Source: Acidimicrobiales bacterium
GTDB lineage: Bacteria; Actinomycetota; Acidimicrobiia; Acidimicrobiales; SHLQ01
Assembly: GCA_051011595.1 (NCBI GenBank)
Contig: JBPCTQ010000377.1
Coordinates: forward strand, 1-56,548
DNA: 56,548 bases
Direction of reading: 5' to 3'
A model generated the notes under the pieces. That model did no database searches. It was not told the origin of the DNA and saw nothing but the letters and a program-made list of their open reading frames with translations. This document shows, piece after piece, positions 52,001 through 56,548 of the stretch. Within the stretch, counting starts at the first letter, position 1. The number at the start of each line of letters is the position of its first letter. The translations under genes were made by a program, and so were the position numbers.

Positions 52001-53419
52001 GTGATCACCAACGTGCTGGCCGACCGCTACGCGAGCGCAGCCATGGTCGATCGGTGGTCGGCCGAGGGCAAGATCGTCATGGAACGGCGACTGTGGCTGG
52101 CGGTGTTGCAGGCCCAGGTCGAGCTCGGCGTGTCGGTGCCCGACGGGGTCGTGGCGGCGTACGAAGCAGTGATCGACCAGGTCGACCTCGACAGCATTCG
52201 GCGCCGTGAGGAGCGCACCCGCCACGACGTGAAGGCCCGGATCGAGGAGTTCAGTGCCCTGGCCGGGTTCGAACACGTGCACAAGGGCATGACATCGCGC
52301 GATCTCACCGAGAACGTCGAACAGCTCCAGGTGCGGTCATCGCTCGAGTTGATCCGTGATCGGGCGGTGGCCACCTTGGCTCGGCTGGCCCAGCTGGCGG
52401 TCGACCACGCCCAACAGCCACTCACCGGTCGATCTCACAACGTGGCCGCCCAGGTCACCACCCTGGGCAAGCGGTTCGCCAACACTGCCGAAGAGCTGCT
52501 GCTCGCCACCGAGCGACTCATCGACCTCATCGAGCGGTATCCGCTGCGGGGCATCAAGGGCCCGGTCGGCACCCAACAGGACATGCTCGACCTCTTCGAG
52601 GGCGATGAGGACCGCGTCCTGGCCCTCGAGTCCCGTGTGGCCGACCACCTCGGCTTCTCCCGGGTGCTCGACAGCGTCGGACAGGTGTATCCGCGGTCGC
52701 TCGATCTCGACGTGGTGGCCGCCCTGGTGCAGGCCGCTTCGGCCCCCGCCAGCCTGGCCACGTCCATTCGGTTGATGGTCGGCCACGAGTTGGTCACCGA
52801 GGGCTTCCGCGAGGGTCAGGTCGGTTCATCGGCCATGCCGCACAAGATGAACACCCGCAGCAGCGAGCGCATCAACGGTCTGCACACCATTCTCACCGGC
52901 CACCTCACCATGGCCGCCGGGTTGTCGGGCGATCAATGGAACGAGGGTGACGTGAGCTGCTCGGTCGTGCGGCGGGTCGTGTTGCCCGACGCCTTCTTCG
53001 CCACCGATGGTCTGTTCGAGACCACCCTCACGGTCCTGGCCGACTTCGGCTCCTACCCCGCGGTCATCGATCGTGAGCTGGACCGTTATCTGCCGTTCCT
53101 CGCCACCACCAAGGTGTTGGTGGCCGCGGTGAAGGCCGGCGCCGGTCGTGAGGAAGCGCACGAGGTCATCAAGGAACACGCGGTGGCCGTCGCCCTCGAC
53201 ATGCGAGCCAGCGGACGGGCCGACAACGACCTGGTGGCCCGGCTGGCCGACGACGAACGACTGCAGCTCGATGCGTCGGCGATCGAGGCGGCCATCGGCG
53301 CACCATTGACGCTGGCCGGTCGTTCGGGTGCCCAGGTGAGTGCGGTGGCGGCCCGGGTCGACGAGCTGGTCCGGCGTTTCCCCGAGGCCGCGGCCTACGA
53401 TCCGGCCCCGGTGTTGTGA
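52001..53419 (+). CDS. purB: Adenylosuccinate lyase
   Basis: NVLADRYAS, TRHDVKA, H.GMTSRD, GRSHNV, QVGSSAMPHKMN. Confidence 0.96.
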   Translation: MITNVLADRYASAAMVDRWSAEGKIVMERRLWLAVLQAQVELGVSVPDGVVAAYEAVIDQVDLDSIRRREERTRHDVKARIEEFSALAGFEHVHKGMTSRDLTENVEQLQVRSSLELIRDRAVATLARLAQLAVDHAQQPLTGRSHNVAAQVTTLGKRFANTAEELLLATERLIDLIERYPLRGIKGPVGTQQDMLDLFEGDEDRVLALESRVADHLGFSRVLDSVGQVYPRSLDLDVVAALVQAASAPASLATSIRLMVGHELVTEGFREGQVGSSAMPHKMNTRSSERINGLHTILTGHLTMAAGLSGDQWNEGDVSCSVVRRVVLPDAFFATDGLFETTLTVLADFGSYPAVIDRELDRYLPFLATTKVLVAAVKAGAGREEAHEVIKEHAVAVALDMRASGRADNDLVARLADDERLQLDASAIEAAIGAPLTLAGRSGAQVSAVAARVDELVRRFPEAAAYDPAPVL

Positions 53420-53445
53420 TCACCAACGGATCGGAGCAGACAACC

Positions 53446-54330
53446 ATGACGATCGACCTCCCCCACATCTATTCGGGCAAGGTGCGCGACATCTACGACG
53501 CCGGCGACGACCACTTGTTGATGGTGACCTCGGATCGCATCTCGGCTTTCGATGTCGTGATGGCCGAACCCATTGCCAACAAGGGCCGGGTGCTCACCGC
53601 CACGTCGGCATTCTGGTTCGACCATCTCGCCGATGTGGCGCCCAGCCATCTTGTGTCGACCGATGTGGCCGACTTCCCGAGCGGTGCCCGCGACAGCGAC
53701 CTCGCGGGACGGTCGATGCTGGTACGCCGAGCCGACATGTTGCCGGTGGAGTGCATCGTGCGCGGCTACATCACCGGGTCGGCGTGGAAGGAATACGCCC
53801 GCAGCGGCACCATGCACGGGGCCCAGATGCCCACCGACCTCTTGGAGGCATCGGCGCTTCCCGAGCCCGTGTTCACGCCGTCCACCAAGGCCGACGACGG
53901 CGACCACGACGTGAACATCTCCTTCGCCGAGGCCATCGACCTCATCGGCTCGGACATGGCCGAGCGAGCCCGAGCCCTGTCGCTCGAGTTGTACCGGCGG
54001 GGGGCCGAATGGGCTGCCGATCGAGGCATCATCATCGCCGACACCAAGTTCGAGTTGGGTCTGGTCGACGGCGAGCTGGTGGTGGCCGATGAGATGTTGA
54101 CCCCCGACTCGTCGCGGTTCTGGCCGGCCGATCAGTGGGAGCCGGGTGCCACCCCGCCCTCGTTCGACAAGCAGCCGGTCCGTGATCATCTCGATGGCCT
54201 CGAGTGGGACAAGACACCACCACCACCCCCGCTGCCGGCCGACGTGGTCGAGGCCACCAGTGGCCGATACGTCGAGGCCTACGAACGCATCACCGGGCAC
54301 CGTTTCGCTGACTGGCCCGGCGTCGCCTGA
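53446..54330 (+). CDS. purC: SAICAR synthetase
   Basis: SGKVRDIY, SDRISAFD, VECIVRGY..GS, ADTKFE.G, TPDSSRFW, SFDKQ. Confidence 0.97.
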   Translation: MTIDLPHIYSGKVRDIYDAGDDHLLMVTSDRISAFDVVMAEPIANKGRVLTATSAFWFDHLADVAPSHLVSTDVADFPSGARDSDLAGRSMLVRRADMLPVECIVRGYITGSAWKEYARSGTMHGAQMPTDLLEASALPEPVFTPSTKADDGDHDVNISFAEAIDLIGSDMAERARALSLELYRRGAEWAADRGIIIADTKFELGLVDGELVVADEMLTPDSSRFWPADQWEPGATPPSFDKQPVRDHLDGLEWDKTPPPPPLPADVVEATSGRYVEAYERITGHRFADWPGVA

Positions 54331-54473
54331 CCCCGTCGAGGCGGCGGCAACCACCCACCTTCGATCGCATCGGCCGACCTCGGCCGGTGTGACCGCAGGG
54401 AACGCCTCGCCGGAGACGAATCGTCCATGGGCGGGTGAGTCACTGCCTGGTGCGGCTGTGGCAGAGTGAGCCG

Positions 54474-54725
54474 GTGAACTACTCCGTCCTCGTCGAAGTC
54501 CAGTTGCGGCCCGGAATCGCCGACCCGCAGGGATCCACCATCGAGCGTTCGTTGTCGGCCCTCGGGTTCGACGGCATCGAGGGTGTTCGGGTGGGCAAGA
54601 GTGTGCGATTCGCCATCGACGCGGCCGACGAGCAGACCGCGCGCACCCAGGTCGACGAGCTGTGCGAACGCTTCCTGACCAACCCGGTCATCGAGGACGC
54701 GGTTGTCACCATCGAGGACACCTGA
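54474..54725 (+). CDS. purS: FGAM synthase subunit PurS
   Basis: DPQG.TI..SL, VRVGK, LTNPVIED. Confidence 0.93.
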   Translation: MNYSVLVEVQLRPGIADPQGSTIERSLSALGFDGIEGVRVGKSVRFAIDAADEQTARTQVDELCERFLTNPVIEDAVVTIEDT

Positions 54726-55399
54726 TGGCCGGGGTCGGGGTGGTGCAGTTCCCGGGAACCAACTGTGAACATGATGCGGTCGAGGCCGTGCGAACGCTGG
54801 GCGGACAAGCCAGCCTGCTCTGGCACGGCGACGACGATCTGGGTGATGTGGCCGCCGTGATTGTCCCCGGTGGTTTCGCCCACGGCGACTATCTGCGGCC
54901 TGGAGCCATCGCCCGGTTTTCACCCGTCATGCAGGCCGTGATGGGGTTCGCCGCTCGGGGTGGCCCGGTGGTGGGTATCTGCAACGGTTTCCAGGTGCTC
55001 ACCGAGGCGGGATTGTTGCCCGGCGCCCTCCAGAAGAACCGCGACCTCAAATTCTTGTGTACCACCGCCGAAGTGGTCGTGGCCTCCACCGATTCGGTTC
55101 TGACGTCGCGTCTCGAACGAGGTGATCGGCTGCAGATTCCCATCAATCATTTCGAGGGCAATTACACCTGTTCAGCCGCCGTTCTCGGCCAGCTGGAATC
55201 TGAAGACCGCGTCATTCTGCGTTATGCCGACAACCCCAACGGGTCCATGGGCGACATTGCCGGCATCTGCAACGAGACGCGCAACGTGGTGGGGCTCATG
55301 CCCCACCCCGAGCGGGCCTGCCATCCGTTGCTGGGCAGCAACGACGGCGCCGGCTTGTTGGGTTCGTTGCTCGATGCCATGGCCACGGTCGGGGTCTGA
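54725..55399 (+). CDS. purQ: FGAM synthase glutaminase subunit PurQ
   Basis: [38 protein letters not shown]. Confidence 0.97.
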   Translation: MAGVGVVQFPGTNCEHDAVEAVRTLGGQASLLWHGDDDLGDVAAVIVPGGFAHGDYLRPGAIARFSPVMQAVMGFAARGGPVVGICNGFQVLTEAGLLPGALQKNRDLKFLCTTAEVVVASTDSVLTSRLERGDRLQIPINHFEGNYTCSAAVLGQLESEDRVILRYADNPNGSMGDIAGICNETRNVVGLMPHPERACHPLLGSNDGAGLLGSLLDAMATVGV

Positions 55400-55415
55400 C
55401 CGTCGCCCTCGGCGA

Positions 55416-55829
55416 TCAGCTGCCCCGGGAGATACCGGCGCTCTTCAGTGTGGCCGCGGGCACGCCGGCTTCTCGCCAGGCGGTGTAGCTGATGCCTTTG
55501 CTCTCGCTGTAGGCCTGGGCCACGGCGACGAACTCGTTCTCGAATTCGGAGATGTCGACACCTTCACTCTTGGCCTCGAGCTCGCTGGTCAGGTCGAGCC
55601 GCTTCTGCAGGAGCTGGACCCGCTTGAGCGGGTCGGCGGTGGCCAGGTCGGCTTCGACGGCGGCCAGTTGCTTCTGGATGCTTTCGGGCGTGCGCTGACG
55701 CCCACGTTTGGGTTTGTGCGCTTCGAGCGCTTCGAGATAACGACGCACAGCTCTGCTCTGGGTCCGCCCCTCAGCCAGAGCAGCTTTGTGTTCGTTGCTC
55801 AAGGATTTGGGTCCACGTTTCTGTGCCAT
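55416..55829 (-). CDS. Hypothetical basic/helical protein, candidate DNA-binding
   Basis: [12 protein letters not shown]...[17 protein letters not shown]...coiled coil...[21 protein letters not shown]; fills the purQ-purL gap. Confidence 0.8.
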   Translation of the reverse strand: MAQKRGPKSLSNEHKAALAEGRTQSRAVRRYLEALEAHKPKRGRQRTPESIQKQLAAVEADLATADPLKRVQLLQKRLDLTSELEAKSEGVDISEFENEFVAVAQAYSESKGISYTAWREAGVPAATLKSAGISRGS

Positions 55830-56056
55830 GGCCCTGTATTGAACGGTATCCACGGACGAACTGCAACCTTCCATACCTGTCAGCTTCTGTGGCCTTCCCA
55901 TAGAAAGTACAGAGCGGGATGGATTGGGCCCCGTCTTATTGGTGCGAGAGCAGCATCATTTGGGGTCAGCCTGCCGGTTGGGCGGCGGAAATCGGCTGCT
56001 TCGCTTCATGGATCCGCAGTGAGACACCAGTACCGGACCGGACTACCGTGCCGTCC

Positions 56057-56548
<492 letters not shown>

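Noticed and set aside
54331-54473. Purine or ZTP riboswitch before purS
   Set aside because: Only a GC hairpin (CATCGGCCGA/TCGGCCGGTG) is visible; conserved riboswitch cores were not recognised.

Overview
High-GC actinobacterial chromosomal window; the gene set and protein styles suggest Acidimicrobiia/Acidimicrobiales (inference). Left third (1-21 kb) is accessory and interleaved with three minus-strand tRNAs (Arg-ACG, Ser-GCT, Ser-TGA). It holds a TetR-associated cluster (two haloalkane-dehalogenase-family hydrolases, a GST-like protein, a DUF1330-like protein, an RNase Z-like MBL hydrolase, two paralogous unknown proteins and a divergent solute-binding lipoprotein) whose promoters share a 21-bp motif, plus an ECF sigma/RskA-type pair, GH2, TauD, MerR, an SDR and a sensor GGDEF-EAL gene bracketed by 58-bp repeats. 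The middle holds dcd, a cluster of four sulfotransferase-domain genes with a three-domain glycosyltransferase, an Fe-S oxidoreductase, a wHTH regulator with amt, and gpmA. The right part is core genome: dnaK-grpE-dnaJ-hspR, egtB-egtD, clpB (HAIR-like operators), a secreted Pro/Thr-rich protein ending in PDFTG, and purA-D-E-B-C-S-Q-L with two small opposite-strand genes in between. No CRISPR array, rRNA, intact transposase or integrase was seen. Best candidates for undescribed biology: the TetR dehalogenase/GST regulon, the sulfated-glycan locus with a shared unnamed domain, the tail-less PxFTG C-terminal motif and a possible nucleoid-associated protein. All calls come from reading motifs by eye; no database searches were run.
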